A DNA stretch of 63,965 bases, filler included, from Atractiella rhizophila (Eukaryota): assembly GCA_021432655.1 (NCBI GenBank). It is 14 parts of 13 records of this genome, joined end to end, with 100 filler letters (N's around TTAATTAATTAA, not from the genome) between each part and the next. Parts side by side here need not be neighbours in the genome. Positions count along the whole stretch, not along the records: positions 23,371 to 29,335 come from MU272340.1; positions 29,436 to 35,388 come from MU272341.1; positions 35,489 to 41,413 come from MU272342.1; 11 more parts are not named here. One strand, 5' to 3'. Each line of letters starts with the position of its first letter. Position 1 is the first letter of the stretch. Below the pieces are notes generated by a model. That model did not search any database. It was given only the letters and a program-made list of their open reading frames with translations, and had not been told where the DNA came from. Positions 24,790-38,166 of this stretch are shown one piece after another. The position numbers were made by a program, and so were the translations under genes.

Positions 24790-25001
24790 AGCATTGAAAC
24801 ATCATTATCATCATCATCATCGCATTGAAACATCATCATCATCATCGTATTTTAGGATGCTTCTCCCCCGTCTGACGCTTTCCGAACGCGAAACACCATC
24901 ATTAAGAAAGACACATTGAAAAACATCATCATCATCATCATCACTGCATGTGTCTTGCCCTTTGAGGAATATTTAAGGATGCTTCCCCCCCCGTCTGATG
25001 C
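24790..25001 (+). repeat. Compound direct repeats with (CAT)n tracts
   Basis: Three copies of CATTGAAA(AA)CATCAT(CAT)n and two copies of AGGATGCTTC.CCCCCGTCTGA.GCT. Confidence 0.75.
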
Positions 25002-25583
25002 TCCTTCGTGGGCTTCCTACGCAGAAGACAGCGAAAATCAGCTCGTCAATATCTCGTGCCTCTTTCGATGGATCAGATACTTGCTGCATCAATGAAATCG
25101 GCAGTTGCCCCGACTTCTACGCATACTACGACCACGACCAATACGGACGCGCTAGGAACTGCGCCTGCAAGAGAGCCCATGTTGGTCCATTTCCTTCATG
25201 CCTGATGTGCACATAATTGACAAAGGACAGTTTGGGATCAGACACCGCCTTTATATCCCCGTCTGCGCAAGGGGCATCTCCAACTTCTCCAGTTGTCCAA
25301 CGTGAGCTTCAAAATATGTTCGAGCACAACTGATTGATATTGGATGCAGCCGAAGCTGCAGCTCAAGAGTACTTAAGCTTTGTCGCTTTCTACCAGCCTT
25401 TTCTCACTGCTGAATAGAAGTCCCCATGCTGTCGCTTCCCACGAGATTCCTCCTCCTCGAAATAATGCTGTAGCGAATAGGAGAGGAATTGCAGCTAGTC
25501 CATTCGAGGTGAATTTCTATATCAATGGCTGTCTGCCCTGCTGATTTATATACCAGCAAGATGCCCAGGCAGCGCTTCGCCTC

Positions 25584-26089
25584 ATGATGGAATACGAGGC
25601 GTTGAAGATTAAGAGTCCAGATTACTTCCCCACTATCGTTACGGTCGTCGGAATGTTTATGGCTTCAGGAACGAAAGTGGAACAGGATCAATATTTCTGG
25701 CTCTGGATCGCTTTTCTCCTCCTCGTCATCGGCGCCGCCTGGGTCGACGTCAGCTCGCGAGTCCATGCTCTTAACGGTAAGCCTTCCAGTACTGCGTTCC
25801 TCTTGTTTTCAAGCTGAGAAAAGCTATAGCGGGGGAGCGATACAATGCTCCAGAACCGACCAGCCAATTAGTGCCGCTCGCGTTGTTTTGGGGTTTTCAC
25901 CTTATAGTTGCCTATCAATTCACCTCAGAACATCTCGACGTTCAACGTAAGTGGGTGTTGCACCTGCTACCGCTGATTATCGCCGCTTGGACAATCGCCA
26001 TCGTGATCATTTGTCGAAAGAAAATAGGGAAGTTTTTGCGGTGGATTTTCAGAAGTCATCAGCATCAGAGAGGTCAAGGAGGAGTTTAG
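25584..26089 (+). CDS. Hypothetical multi-pass membrane protein; 5' exons unclear
   Basis: Hydrophobic ORFs 25584-25817 and 25871-26089, with a GTAAGC donor near 25778 and about 4 TM segments. Confidence 0.4.
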
Positions 26090-26494
26090 GAGGGGTATCC
26101 GTAAAAACATTACAAACCATACATAAAAAGGATCTAACTCATCTGTCGCATTCACAAGTCGTTCAACGAAGTGGTTACATCCTCAAGTTCATGTGGTATT
26201 CTCTTTTGTTTGCAAACATTCCACTTTCCCCCACTCTTTCTGTTGTAATACTGTAGAGGGAAATCCATTTGGCCGTTCTTTACAATATTCGCACGACCAA
26301 AATCATTGGAGAAGTGACACGACGCTCTGCTGCTCCTGCTTTCTGTACACCCGTAGGAGCAACAAGGCATCACAAATGGACCTCGTTCGTGAAGTTCGCG
26401 GGATGTTCGCCGCGTTCCCAAGAGAGCTCAGACGACCACAGCACCGAAGATTTCAAGATCCAGCGTCCCAGGCCTCAAAACAACGAACGCTACC

Positions 26495-28021
26495 ATGTCC
26501 CGTCCTGCCTCCCCAACGCACGTCCGCCACTCCCCTCTTCCCTCCGCACAGGTCTCCCCTCCGCTCCGTTCTGCCCTCAAGTCCCCACGCACCTCCTGGT
26601 CCTATCCATCATCCACCGCTCCCAAAGTATCCATATCCAACAACTCCACAGCCATCGACAGCGAAAGCAGCTCGCTGATCGACACTGCGCCCAGCGAGTC
26701 CCGCTTGACAGAGGAGGATCATACGCTAGAGGAAGGAGCAGGAGATGGAGACGGGGATCGGACCGTCAGTCAGACGTCTCGACCTCCCTTGCACTCCTCT
26801 GCCTCTGAACCTCTTTCTACCGTCTCAAGCTCCTCCGGCTCTTCTGCCGCTCTCGCCTCTGAGGCGTTGGCGAAGAGATTGTCGCTACAAAACAGTCGTG
26901 GAACCAGCTACACCCGAAGAGTGGGGTTCGATACGATGGAAGCTGCAGCTGTTGACCCTGGAACGGGAGGAGGGACGGGTGTCAACTATTCGTTCTCTGT
27001 TAGTGCGAAAAGTGTGGGATATGCGAAGGAGAGAACGAGTCGGGAGTTTCTTGTCGCTACGGATCTGAATGAGTATTCCGTCGAAGCGTACGTCTTTTGT
27101 TCCTCCTTGGTGGTGTGGAACGAGGGTGGTTGATGTGTGAATTGATTTGTGTCTGAAGTCTGAATTGGACGATTGAGAATCTGGCAGAAGATGGAGATGA
27201 ACTCGTCGTTCTTCGGGTGATCGAACGTGAGATCTCCTTCCTCTATTCGCAAATGTACCACTGATGTCTTGTTCCAATGACTCGACAGCCGGTTCTTCCT
27301 CTCATACAGCCTGGAAGGCATCGCAGGAACAAGCGAGAGAAGAGGCGGGACGTATACTGAAGAGCGTCATGGAAAGAAACGACGATCGGACATCAGTATG
27401 TTCTTTTCCTCCTGATTCGCTTTTTTTCGCCGCGCTGAAGACGGTGCGCATGGGGATAATAGATTTCAATCATTGTTGAATTCGCAATTGGAAACATAGA
27501 AGAAACTATCCACAGGTTTGCTATCTACACTACTCCTCCTTCGATGCCATTATGCTCATGTTTTGCGTGACTGATGATGAAAGGATGCTCGACGTGTATA
27601 CCCCAGACTCCCTCATCGTCGGCACGCGAGGTCGTCAACCGTCTATTTGGAAAAGCGCATTCATGGGCTCCGTCTCCCGGTTCGTATCCCTTCTCTTCAC
27701 CTCCTGCCAACGCTCACCCCAATGCAAAATAGATACTGCGTCGAACGCTCCCCCGTACCCGTCGTCGTCGTGCGTCCCGAACGCAAAGTCCGAGCCTCCT
27801 TGGAGAAGAGGAAGACGGATCCGAAGCGTCGCTCCTATGTCTCACTCCTCCAGTCTCCCTCGCAATCTAGAACTTCCTCCCCGGCCCCTACGAACCGTGC
27901 TACAGCCTTGTTGTCGCCTCTGAGCCCGTCGCATCATACAAGGGAGGAGGAGTTTCCGATGGGAGAGGAGAAGAAGAAGAATAAGGACTTGAAGATGAGT
28001 AGGTTCAAGACGATCAGTTGA
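26495..28021 (+). CDS. Universal stress protein (USP) domain protein
   Basis: SREFLVATDLNEYSVEALNW, EDGDELVVLRVIE, PDSLIVGTRG, MGSVSRYCVERSPVPVVVVRPE; about 5 introns. Confidence 0.92.
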
Positions 28022-28593
28022 TGAGAACGTGAACGGAATAAAGAGTACGTGTAGAGGAATGTAACAAAGAAGTTTGGGAATCTTCATAGATTGAAGACTG
28101 GTTAGTAAGAAAGGAAAATATTTTATTTTGGGGCTCATACTTTGTACGATTATTCGACGATCTGCTCATGAATATTGTATGCTCGTTTCATGAAACAATG
28201 ATTACGGGTTTCGTTTGATACCGACTATGAACTGGTACGGACAAGGGGCGTCAACTCGATCCGCGATTGATTTTGAATTGTCGTGCTGCAAACATCGATG
28301 CCGTTTTTGGACGAACATGCATGAACTCTGCTGTTGATAAGTTTATCACATAAAATTGGCTTCGGACCTGAATTTCGTTATCTTTGTCTGAGAGGGTGAC
28401 GACTGTCAAATGTGAGGAGGAAGCGAGAACTGTGCTTGATTTTACATTCTCTGAGTTTTCAACTTAACGGATCATTAATCAATCATTCCGCTAGTATCAC
28501 AAGTAACTTTGATCGACGTTCCAGCAATGACGTGTAGTGGTCTACATAGAGACAACGAATAGAAAGATTTTGTTGCATTTTTTTGGTTAAAGC

Positions 28594-29335
28594 AAAGGAT
28601 CTAACTCATCTGTCGCATTCACAAGTCGTTCAACGAAGTGGTTACATCCTCAAGTTCATGTGGTATTCTCTTTTGTTTGCAAACATTCCACTTTCCCCCA
28701 CTCTTTCTGTTGTAATACTGTAGAGGGAAATCCATTTGGCCGTTCTTTGCAATATTCGCACGACCAAAATCATTGGAGAAGTGACACGACGCTCTGCTGC
28801 TCCTGCTTTCTGTACATCTGTAGGAGCATCAAGGCATCACAATGGACCTCGTTCGTGAAGTTCGCGGGATGTTCGCCGCGTTCCCAAGAGAGCTCAGACG
28901 ACCACAGCACCGAAGACTCTTAAAGATTTCAAGATCCAGCGTCCCAGGCCTCAAAACAACGAACGCTACCATGTCCCGTCCTGCCTCCCCAACGCACGTC
29001 CGCCACTCCCCTCTCCCCTCCGCACAGGTCTCCCCTCCGCTCCGTTCTGCCCTCAAGTCCCCACGCACCTCCTGGTCCTATCCATCATCCACCGCTCCCA
29101 AAGTATCCATATCCAACAACTCCACAGCCATCGACAGCGAAAGCAGCTCGCTGATCGACACTGCGCCCAGCGAGTCCCGCTTGACAGAGGAGGATCATAC
29201 GGTAGGGGAAGGAGCAGTAGAAGATGGGGACGGGGATCGGACCGTCAGTCAGACGTCTCGACCTCCCTTGCACTCCTCTGCCTCTGAACCCCTTTCTACC
29301 GTCTCAAGCTCCTCCGGCTCTTCTGCTGCTCTCGC
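28594..29335 (+). repeat. Near-identical direct duplicate of 26127-26856 (USP promoter plus 5' CDS, ATG at 28971), cut by contig end
   Basis: Same sequence from aaaggatctaactcatc onward, with scattered substitutions and small indels. Confidence 0.95.
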
Positions 29336-29435
29336 NNNNNNNNNNNNNNNNNNNNNNNNNNNNNNNNNNNNNNNNNNNNTTAATTAATTAANNNNNNNNN
29401 NNNNNNNNNNNNNNNNNNNNNNNNNNNNNNNNNNN

Positions 29436-30701
29436 TGTGCAGCCAAAATCCCTGGCTCACTAGACCCTTGAAGATGTAGAGAGAAGGAGGGAGGGATAGT
29501 GGACTCTTCGCCATCCCTCCATAAGTGACCATCGTCGCGCCATATCTGATCAGACCAGCCTGAGACAGGCCAAGCTGTAAGAGCTTATAGTGAAGGACGC
29601 ACGATAGTCCCTTAGCAAGTTCTGTAGTCTCTTTTCCACCGACGCAGTTAAGCAACAGCGATATATCAGAGGAACGGGCGAGGTCCCTCAGTTGTTCTTT
29701 GAAGAACGATTTGTCTAGCACTTGGTCATAGGTGAAAACGTGAGCCTCTTTGCCACCCAAGCGATAAAGTCGCTCCTTAAGATTCTTGAGTTCATCATCA
29801 GGCCGCGAACGGATGGTATTGATCGTTCGCAGTCCCCAAATCCTGTCCCGAAAGAGTGGCTTAGCTTGACCTGGCTCTCAGAAGTTGGAAACAAGGACGA
29901 ACCTCCCAAGTTGCAGGACCATCTCTCCAACCGCCGAATTAGCTCCGTTCTGCATCACCCAGTCTCCATGTTTGACAGCCACGAAATCCTTCAGCATACG
30001 GTATGCGGAGCATGGGTTGACCATCAGCGTCGCCGCTGCTTGTTCCTTGATCCTTGTGGAAGGCAGACGGATGATGTCTTGAGGCGAAACAAGAGCATGA
30101 GACATCCAGGTCCCTGCGGACAGCTAGTTCAAGGATTTGAGGCGGGAAGTGGAAAAGGACACCCACCCATCTGAGGGGAACCCATGACTACCCAATCCCC
30201 TTCTTGAAGACTGCTGTCTTCTGAGAAGTTCTCCTCGATCACTGCTACTCCTTCATTCCCAGCATGGAACACGGCTCCACTTCCATTTGTACCTACCTTC
30301 CTTCGAGAGAGAAGCTCATTTGCAGGTGGACGTATTGGATACACTCCTTGTATGACGTTGATGTCGGCTGGGCTTTAAGAGTTCTTATGAGCCTTTGTAG
30401 CATTCAAAATAAAGAAAGCACACACTTTATCGGAGAAGAGAGGAATCGTATCTTTACTTGTCCTTTGGAGGGGGATGGCAGATCAAAAGTGCGACATTCT
30501 AACACCTGTACATTACCTTGGTGAGTGATAACCATACCAAGAACGTAGGTAACCCTTTACCGTTGTAGGATCACCAGGAGAAGTGTAAGCGACAGCTCTT
30601 GCGCGCGTCGAGACACAACGCGCGAAATTTGTAGGCCGAAGATTACACTGAAGGCTGCCAAGTTGAAAGCTAGAAATTGCCCTGGACTTCGTCAACTTCA
30701 T
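29436..30701 (-). CDS. ETR1: Mitochondrial 2-enoyl-ACP reductase (MECR), 3'-truncated
   Basis: Presequence-like N-terminus, then SPINPADINVIQGVYP, GNEGVA, AATLMVNPCSAYRML, QNGANSAVG, LLLNCVGGK, TYGGMAK. Confidence 0.93.
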
Positions 30702-30989
30702 TGTTAGTCAACTCCCAACTCAGCTTCCAAGCCCGCATTTCAGACATGCTCGACAATATTGATCTGCACTGACAGAGAGTGAGCAGAAGCCATCTGAATC
30801 TGGTTTGGCCAGCCTGTCCTGCCCATAAATCGAAGCTCGTGAGTACCAGATCTTGATCTCGTCTGTGACATATACACTGAAGTTCTCCTCGAAAGGTTCA
30901 AGTAAGCTTAGATCAGCTTCACTTCCTCTATCCATGACGTAGAAGAAATTTCAGGTCTAGAACCTCCTTCTCTTTACTATAAAATCGGC

Positions 30990-31566
30990 ATGGCTTCCCT
31001 TCTTTCCACAACACAGAACTGGGTCAAAACGCTCGCCCTCACCCCTCATCCCGAAGGAGGTTTCTTCAAAGAGATGTACCGCTCCGAGCACTCTATTCCC
31101 GGTTCGAAATCGTCTGGATTTCCAAACGGGAGACCATACGGAACGAGCATCTACTACTGCCTCGAGAGTGGAGACTTCAGCGCTCTTCACCGTCTCAAGT
31201 CAGACGAAACATGGTACTTTCACGACAGCACGCCGAACACACGACTGATTGTCACTCGTATCTGTCCAAGCGAAATGATTGGAGACACCCTCGTGAAAGT
31301 AAAACTGGGGAAGGAAGGTGGAGGATGGAGAAGTTTTCCAGGTCACTTGCAAGGCTGGAGAATGGTTTGGAGCACATGTCGAAGTGGATGGTGAGAACAT
31401 GAAGGAAGGCGTGAGAAAGGAAGGAGAAGGAGGAGCGGTCCTCGTTGGGTGCGCTGTTGCACCAGGATTCGAGTTTGAGGACTTTGAGATGGGCAAAAGG
31501 CAGGAACTTTTAAAGAAATACCCAATGTTCAAAGATGATGTTGAGCGGCTCACGCGGTTGATGTAG
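30990..31566 (+). CDS. Cupin_5/DUF985 protein (YML079W/Cff1-like), intronless, with one apparent frameshift
   Basis: LTPHPEGGFFKE, TSIYY, LHRLKSDETWYFH in one frame; GEVFQVT..GEWFGA and GCAVAPGFEFEDFE in the next. The switch is at about 31317. Confidence 0.85.
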
Positions 31567-31838
31567 AAGGTGCGTTGCGGTGCTTCCCGAATATTCTCTT
31601 CTGACGAAGAATTGTAGTAGAAGATGTGAAAAAGTTACCGAATCATTCAATGATCACAATGTTGTAAAGCTGTTTGCCAGATGGAATCCACATCGTTGGG
31701 ATTTTTGCCAATTTGACTCCGATGATTATTTTGTGATGAGGCGAAAGCGGCATCGCCATTCCATTAACATACAAAGCAGATTGCAAGAAGGGTGCTACGT
31801 TAAAAGGTGCGTTGCAAAGTTACTAACTTACAAAGACT

Positions 31839-34301
31839 TCATCGGTCCCGCGGTGAGCATCTGCTCTCCGTGACTTTCTCTAGAAGTCGACTACAGAGTT
31901 TGCAATTGGGATTGTGATAAATGGCCAGCATAGAGCGTTCCGAAAATTTTTCGACCATTGAAGTTCGAATAGACCTGAATAGATTGAATGCAAGCACACC
32001 GACGACTGGGAAGCAATGATATGAAAAAGGTACAAACGACAACATCAACTCCTTTGTTCGTTGCTGCGAAGATGAAACTTGCTTTGCTCGATAATTGCAC
32101 AACAACGTCGTAAACTTGTGCTTGAACTGCCCCATCTTGCAGACCCAAAAACAATCGCCTAGGGTATCGAAACTTAGCCTCCGAGGTGGCAATTGTTAGC
32201 AAGAAGCAACCATCCCCCCTTAGACGTCGGCTACTGCAGCTTACTGGATCCACGTGAGAAGGTTGTATCGATTACAAGGTCAGCGGCTAGAGTATCCACA
32301 GGGTCAAACCGGATCAAAAGCCAAAAATCAACATTCCCTTATTTCACATTTCCGGCTGGTGGCTTCCGGTTCACTGTAAGCTTTAAACGCTATCCAAATC
32401 AGCAGCGTAGCAGCACCCTGATGCTGCCGGGATCATACGTTCGTATCCACTACCCTGTCCACTACAGTAGGTCAGAAGCATCCATCTTACTCTGCGATGG
32501 TCAAGGTAAGCACTCCGCGGATACAACAACGGGGCTACTGACCTCTCACATTAGCTTGCTTAAGCACTAGGTGCGTATCAAGCTACTCGATAAAATCGAC
32601 TTGGGCACAAGCATCTTGAATTAGACTCGCCATCGATATTCTAAACAGCGGAGCAGAATAATGATGCAGGCAACATTATCATGCAAACCTTCTTCTATAC
32701 AGTCTCTGGCTTATCAAACAAGCAAGGCATGTTGCAGCGACGACAACTCGACAACTGAAAATCACAATGCTTGCATGCTCGCTCAGCTTGCCATAAGAAA
32801 AATTAGAAATCAACGTAGATCAACTTTACGAGAGTCAACCAGATTTAGAAAAGAAAATGAGATGAGGAAAATACGATGAGCCTTTCCGACCCCGTATCAG
32901 GCAGAGATATCGATCACTATTGCTTCAACAAGATCCTCTTTCTCGTGACATTGACGCTTGATCACGGTAATGCCTAATGAACGTACGCAGGCCAGAGATG
33001 TCGTCGATCCGAACGAATGGACCTTGACAGCAGCAAGCTTTAAATTTTTTTGGTAAGGTCCACGGGATGCCAAATCGTAATGTTGGATGACACTCCGAGG
33101 ACGCTTAGGACTGCTTAGGACAAACGACAGTTGACCGTTGACCTCGATCAATCTAGGATGACTGTCGAAGGTGTAGGCTGCGAAATACAGGAAGCGATAG
33201 TCCCCACATCCTCACCGACGAAAGGTCACTTCCTCAATGTCTTTCCCACCGAAGCAGACTGAATCCTCAATGTCTCAATGTCCCCTTCATTATCTTCATT
33301 TCCAAACATTCTATGCATGTCTGCCCTGGCCGTACCGCCGTCTGGTCGGGAGGGACATGAAGGTCACTGGAACAGCTGACCTGCCACACGAAGCCATTCA
33401 TCCATAATTCGCTACTGCAGAACTGCCGAACGCACTGACTGAAGATCTTTGGAAATTGCTGATTTTCGTCCATCTTGAGGGACGCGAAACCCTTCATCTT
33501 AAGTGACAAGGAACTACTTCTTCGAGTGAAATATTCCAGTTCCAGGTGATTGATGTTCGCTTGGAAGCTAGACCAGGATGTACTCGTGATCATGCCATCA
33601 AAAGGAGAACTTGAGAAAAAGTGACAATGCCTGGAGTTTGGCATTGAATTGACAAATCGCGCTAAAGCCCTTCAAATCCATCTCATGCTGTCAAAGTCAA
33701 ATTGTTTGTGGTTGAGGTTGAGAGCGTTTGACAGCAAATGAGCAAGACACGATTCGTGAGAAGCGCCCTGCACCTCGAACCAAAGCTGGGAGAAAAATAA
33801 ACCAGGGAAATGGGGCAAGCACCATAATTGCGAACTAGTGATAGCCATCAGGCCGTCGCCGAAAGGTAGAACTTCTCCTTCTCACGCGAAGTCTCACGCT
33901 TTTTCGCGTCAGTTCAAGCTTCGCAGTCGCTTCAACGCTGAGAAAGGTTGTTTTGGTAACTGTGTTCAGGTCAGGAACTCGCCCGTGGCGCCCGCCCCCT
34001 ATCTTCAGTTTGGAAATCAAAGCCGATGTCTGCAGTGCCAGAACATCCCAAAACTCTCGTTCCGCCGCTCCAGAAGACGAGAAGGCTGAGAGCTTCAATT
34101 TAGGACGAGTGTATCGATATCTCGGAAGGTGTCTGAGCGCTGCGGATGGATGAGAGAACCTTTGGAGGACAGAGGAAGCTCCTTGATTCTGGGGACGAGC
34201 TGGAAGAGTTCGAGGTCCAGGAAGCGAGGCTGGAGACACTCAAGTTGGGATCCGAATCTCTGCAGATCTGAGGGTTCGAAGCAGAATTCATCTTCGATCA
34301 T
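31839..34301 (-). pseudogene. Decayed hypothetical (possibly LRR/RNI-like) gene
   Basis: A series of collinear minus-strand ORF fragments with LxxLxL-like segments, broken by stops and frameshifts. Confidence 0.3.
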
Positions 34302-35031
34302 GCGAGATCAAACCAAACAAAAGATTGGATTTGGGCCAGAACCGATGTTTGTCTGCTTGCTGTGTTCTCGTGTTTCCTGCACCCAGGCCGCGTGTTCGAC
34401 CCCTTTTCTTCAATCAACGTCCAAAGATTAGCCCAGGAGGCTGAGGCATGCAGGCGCCACGACAGGTGAGCATCAATGTGACATCCATCACAAATCAGAG
34501 TATGTCAACGAGTTGACAAATTGACTTCGAAGGCGAAACATTTCAAGATCGTTCCCCCGCGTAGTATGGCTCGAGTTTATGGAAGCTCTCGGGCGTGATT
34601 GTCGCTAAGCAATCGAAGCGGTGATCGGCTGGAGGGTTGGAGGAAGGGGAAGACCAGAACAGGAGGAAGAAGCTTGACCTTGCTCCTGAGATAACCATAA
34701 CAATGGCGTTGTCGTCAATGGGACATTGTGAGCAATTGACGTTTGTGAGACAATTAACAGATAACGATTAGGGCAGATGCCCGTGAAAGGCAAGCGAAAT
34801 ATCTGTGAAGTCACTCCGTAGGGCTGAAACATTTCAATTTTTAAGCTAAGTTCGGGAGAATATTTAAGGTTTGCGGGATCAATTGACCGACAGATTTGGT
34901 TCTGATAAATCCCGCCCTCGCCTTACTCGTTCCCCTCGACTACCCCTCCTCACTCGAAAGGGGACGACCATTTATCATATCATATCATTTCTATTCCAAA
35001 AGGTCGACCCTTTTAATTTCTTCAAAATATT

Positions 35032-35388
35032 ATGCTCGACTCCTCCCCTCCAACTCCACGACCAACACCTCAGCGTTCGAACCAACTCCAGCCAATGCCA
35101 GTGACACCATCCACTTCGACCAGCTTCACAGCTGAACCTCCCAAGCAGCTTGTCCTGGGAATGCCCTCGCCTCACGAAATCTGGGACGAATTACCTTCGC
35201 ATCCGCTCAACTCCCGGATAAAGCTCATCAGCGCAAGGCAGTACCATCACCTCAACACTCTTCACTCTAATCTCGAACGGGAGATTCAAAATAACGATGG
35301 CCTTGTTCACAATAGGAAGGGAGAGTTGAGCCAGGCACTTTTCCCATGGTTACACGGAGTGGAATGGCTCAAGAATTACAGAGGTCCC
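35032..35388 (+). CDS. Probable Pps1-like dual-specificity phosphatase, N-terminus only
   Basis: IKLISARQY...LFPWLHG motif, typical of fungal Pps1 N-termini; the frame is open to the linker. Confidence 0.55.
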
Positions 35389-35599
35389 NNNNNNNNNNNN
35401 NNNNNNNNNNNNNNNNNNNNNNNNNNNNNNNNTTAATTAATTAANNNNNNNNNNNNNNNNNNNNNNNNNNNNNNNNNNNNNNNNNNNNGATTCTGCATGC
35501 TGCATCTTATACATTGAGGATTGACCGCAACATTGTCAGTGTTCTTTTTTTCCCCTTGTCAGCAGTCGAATTAGCTTAACTCTCTGACACAGCCGGATG

Positions 35600-38166
35600 G
35601 CACCACACGTCTCGCTACCATTTGTCAAGGCCTCATGGGTCAAGTGTCATCACTTTTGGAGGACGATGACGAGCCGCTTCACCATGCTTTCTCCGGTTGG
35701 ATCCCCAGTCTAGCCGATATAGGGGGAAGACAGGGTCTCGTTGCCTTCCGAGTCCTGTGGGTTGCACTCATCAACATCGATGAACATTCCATCCTATTGT
35801 CCTTCTCTTTGAGGGGGACAACCCCATGCAGTCTGAATTCTGCTCTATTGGAGGTCTTGCCTCTCTGAAGTTTTGTCAAACATGTCATGTTGGAGCTCGA
35901 TCAAAGGCCGACGAAGATACTGAAGAGAACGTTGCAAATTTTATGAAGGTCTGGGCACTCCCAAAATTTGTGACATACTGACAGTCACTTCCCAGTGTGG
36001 CCAACATCGCAATCCCACCCAGACATACCAGGTGTTACAGGAAATGCTCAGAGCCGCTGCTGATCCAACTCTTCCTAAAAGTTACATCTAAGACCTCCAA
36101 ACGACAACAGGTGTGAAAGATACCTTACAGCATTTCTTATCGACCAACTTCTCGACATCCGAAAAGGTTTCAAAGGTGACAATGACCAGCTGCGGGAAGA
36201 GCTTCGAAGGACTTATGACACCTTTCAGAAGAACCGATTCACTCATAACCCAGCATTTCAACTGGTTGGGTTCAACTTCAATTTTCATCGTGATACCCCA
36301 TTCGAAATACTCCACGGCATTCTTCTTGGTTTTGTCAAGTATTTCTGGCGAGACAATATCAAACGACTATCAACCGAGCAGAAGAAACTTGTGGCCCAGC
36401 GGATCAATGCACTAAATACATCTGGCCTGGAAAGCTCCCGAATAAGTGGGGAGACTCTCGTTGAGTACGCTCACAGTTTGGTCGGGAAAGATTTCCGTGT
36501 AATATTCCAGGTTGCTACGTTCGCACTTGATCAAGTGATTGGGCAACCCTTCTTCCAGATATGGGTTGCATTGGGCAGATTAGGTAGCTTGGTGTGGCGG
36601 CCAAGGGTTACCGACAAAGCTAAGTACCTTGTATGATATTTTGGTCATTGGTTAGCCGGGTGGTGCTCAGATAGCTAACCACTGGCGTAGGAACGATTGG
36701 AAATCACGATCCAATATTTCCTCAACACAACAGTGTCACTAACAACACAATGGTTCAACAAGCGCAAGTTCCACCTCCTTGTTCACCTTGTTGACAATGT
36801 CAAGCGATTTGGGGTTCCCATCAATTTTGCCACTGAAAAATTCGAAAGCTACAACGGAGTGATGCGCCTGAAATCTGTACACTCAAACCGCCAAGCTCCA
36901 GGAAAAGACATTGCTCGATCTTTCAGCGGATACGACCGGATCAGGCACATCTTTAGCGGCGGCTACTGGAAGGATGTTTCTACTGGCCATTGGGTTTGCG
37001 CTTCTCCTAAAGTGTGCAGCATTCTCCAGGATAGTACTTTTAGACGTCTTTTGGGTCTCACAATCGATATCTCACCCTCACATGCCTCTTCTCCGGCGGG
37101 GAAAGGTCTAATTTCCTTTCTAAGTTCCACATATGCTGACATTTGGTCCACAGGATCATGGGTTTTAGCGCCGAATCGCAAACGGGTTATACCAGCGCAG
37201 GAAACCATCCTATACCGCCTTCATCCTCAACTTTCACTTTCACCAGATGGGGTTAGGTTCGACGCCTTTTCTCATTCACGCCTGTACAGTTTCAAGACAC
37301 AATCTGAAGAAGACGCAACAGACGGAAGTTTTGTTCTTGTGAATGCTCCGGACCAGGTGTGTTTGAGATTTAGCTCTTCTGATTCTCTGACCTCCGACGT
37401 GTTAACCTTGCAAATGTGGTTAATTGTGCAATATCAGGTCGCTTATATCTTCGAAATCCGAGAGATGCTCCACACTATCTCGTCCCCCGGCGATGTTGGT
37501 TCAGTTAAGGTGTTTGGCCGTCGAATGGACTTTGTTGGTGTGCATGCCACGTTCAGCATGCCACTTCTGCAACCAGCGCAAGAAGACACTGAATTGTCAT
37601 GGAGCAGGATATGTATCTCATTCAAGCTCTGCAGATTGCTAATGGAGATTCTGAAGGATGACGCTATTCCATCAGCTATTGTGAATGTACAACATGCTTG
37701 CGGATTGGCAGGATGCACCAATGATGGTACCGACTTTGTACGCCAGGAGCGACAGGTCACAACTCAAACCCGGAAAGCCATCTCTCATCGCACCTCTGAC
37801 CCACGAACTCATTTCTACATCCTCAACACACATGCCACCAGGAACAGTGCCGTTGTCGAACCGTTCATCCCTCCAGTTCCAGACCTCGATCGTCCGTCTA
37901 TCATCCGGTTAGGAATTCAACGACGTCGGGAATTAAAAGCGGGCACAGCTCGATGCAAAGAACAGGCAGCGCCGTCGCTCAGTATGCTTCAGCAACATCG
38001 TGCGCTTCAGCCCGACTTCGAAGTGCACAGCTTATCAGACCAACAAATCCGCGACTTCTTACAGCAACTTGGGCAAAATGTGCACCCCAACATCAAACTT
38101 AGAGTATTCGTTTCAAAACCCGCTCTGATGTCTGCACATCGTACTAACGTTGCGCATTGTAGCTAA
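35600..38166 (+). mobile_element. CACTA/Plavaka-like (CMC-related) transposase gene with introns, inactivated
   Basis: GDNPMQSEF.S.GG...FCQTC, DTPFEILHGILLGFVKYFWRD, GKDFR, FNKRKFHLLVHL..VKRFG..FATEKFESYNGVMR..SVHSNRQAPGKDIA. Internal stops (e.g. TAA near 36089) and frameshifts. Confidence 0.7.

Noticed and set aside
31305..31322. Programmed ribosomal frameshift in the cupin
   Set aside because: There is no canonical slippery site or clear stimulator; an indel or sequencing error is simpler.
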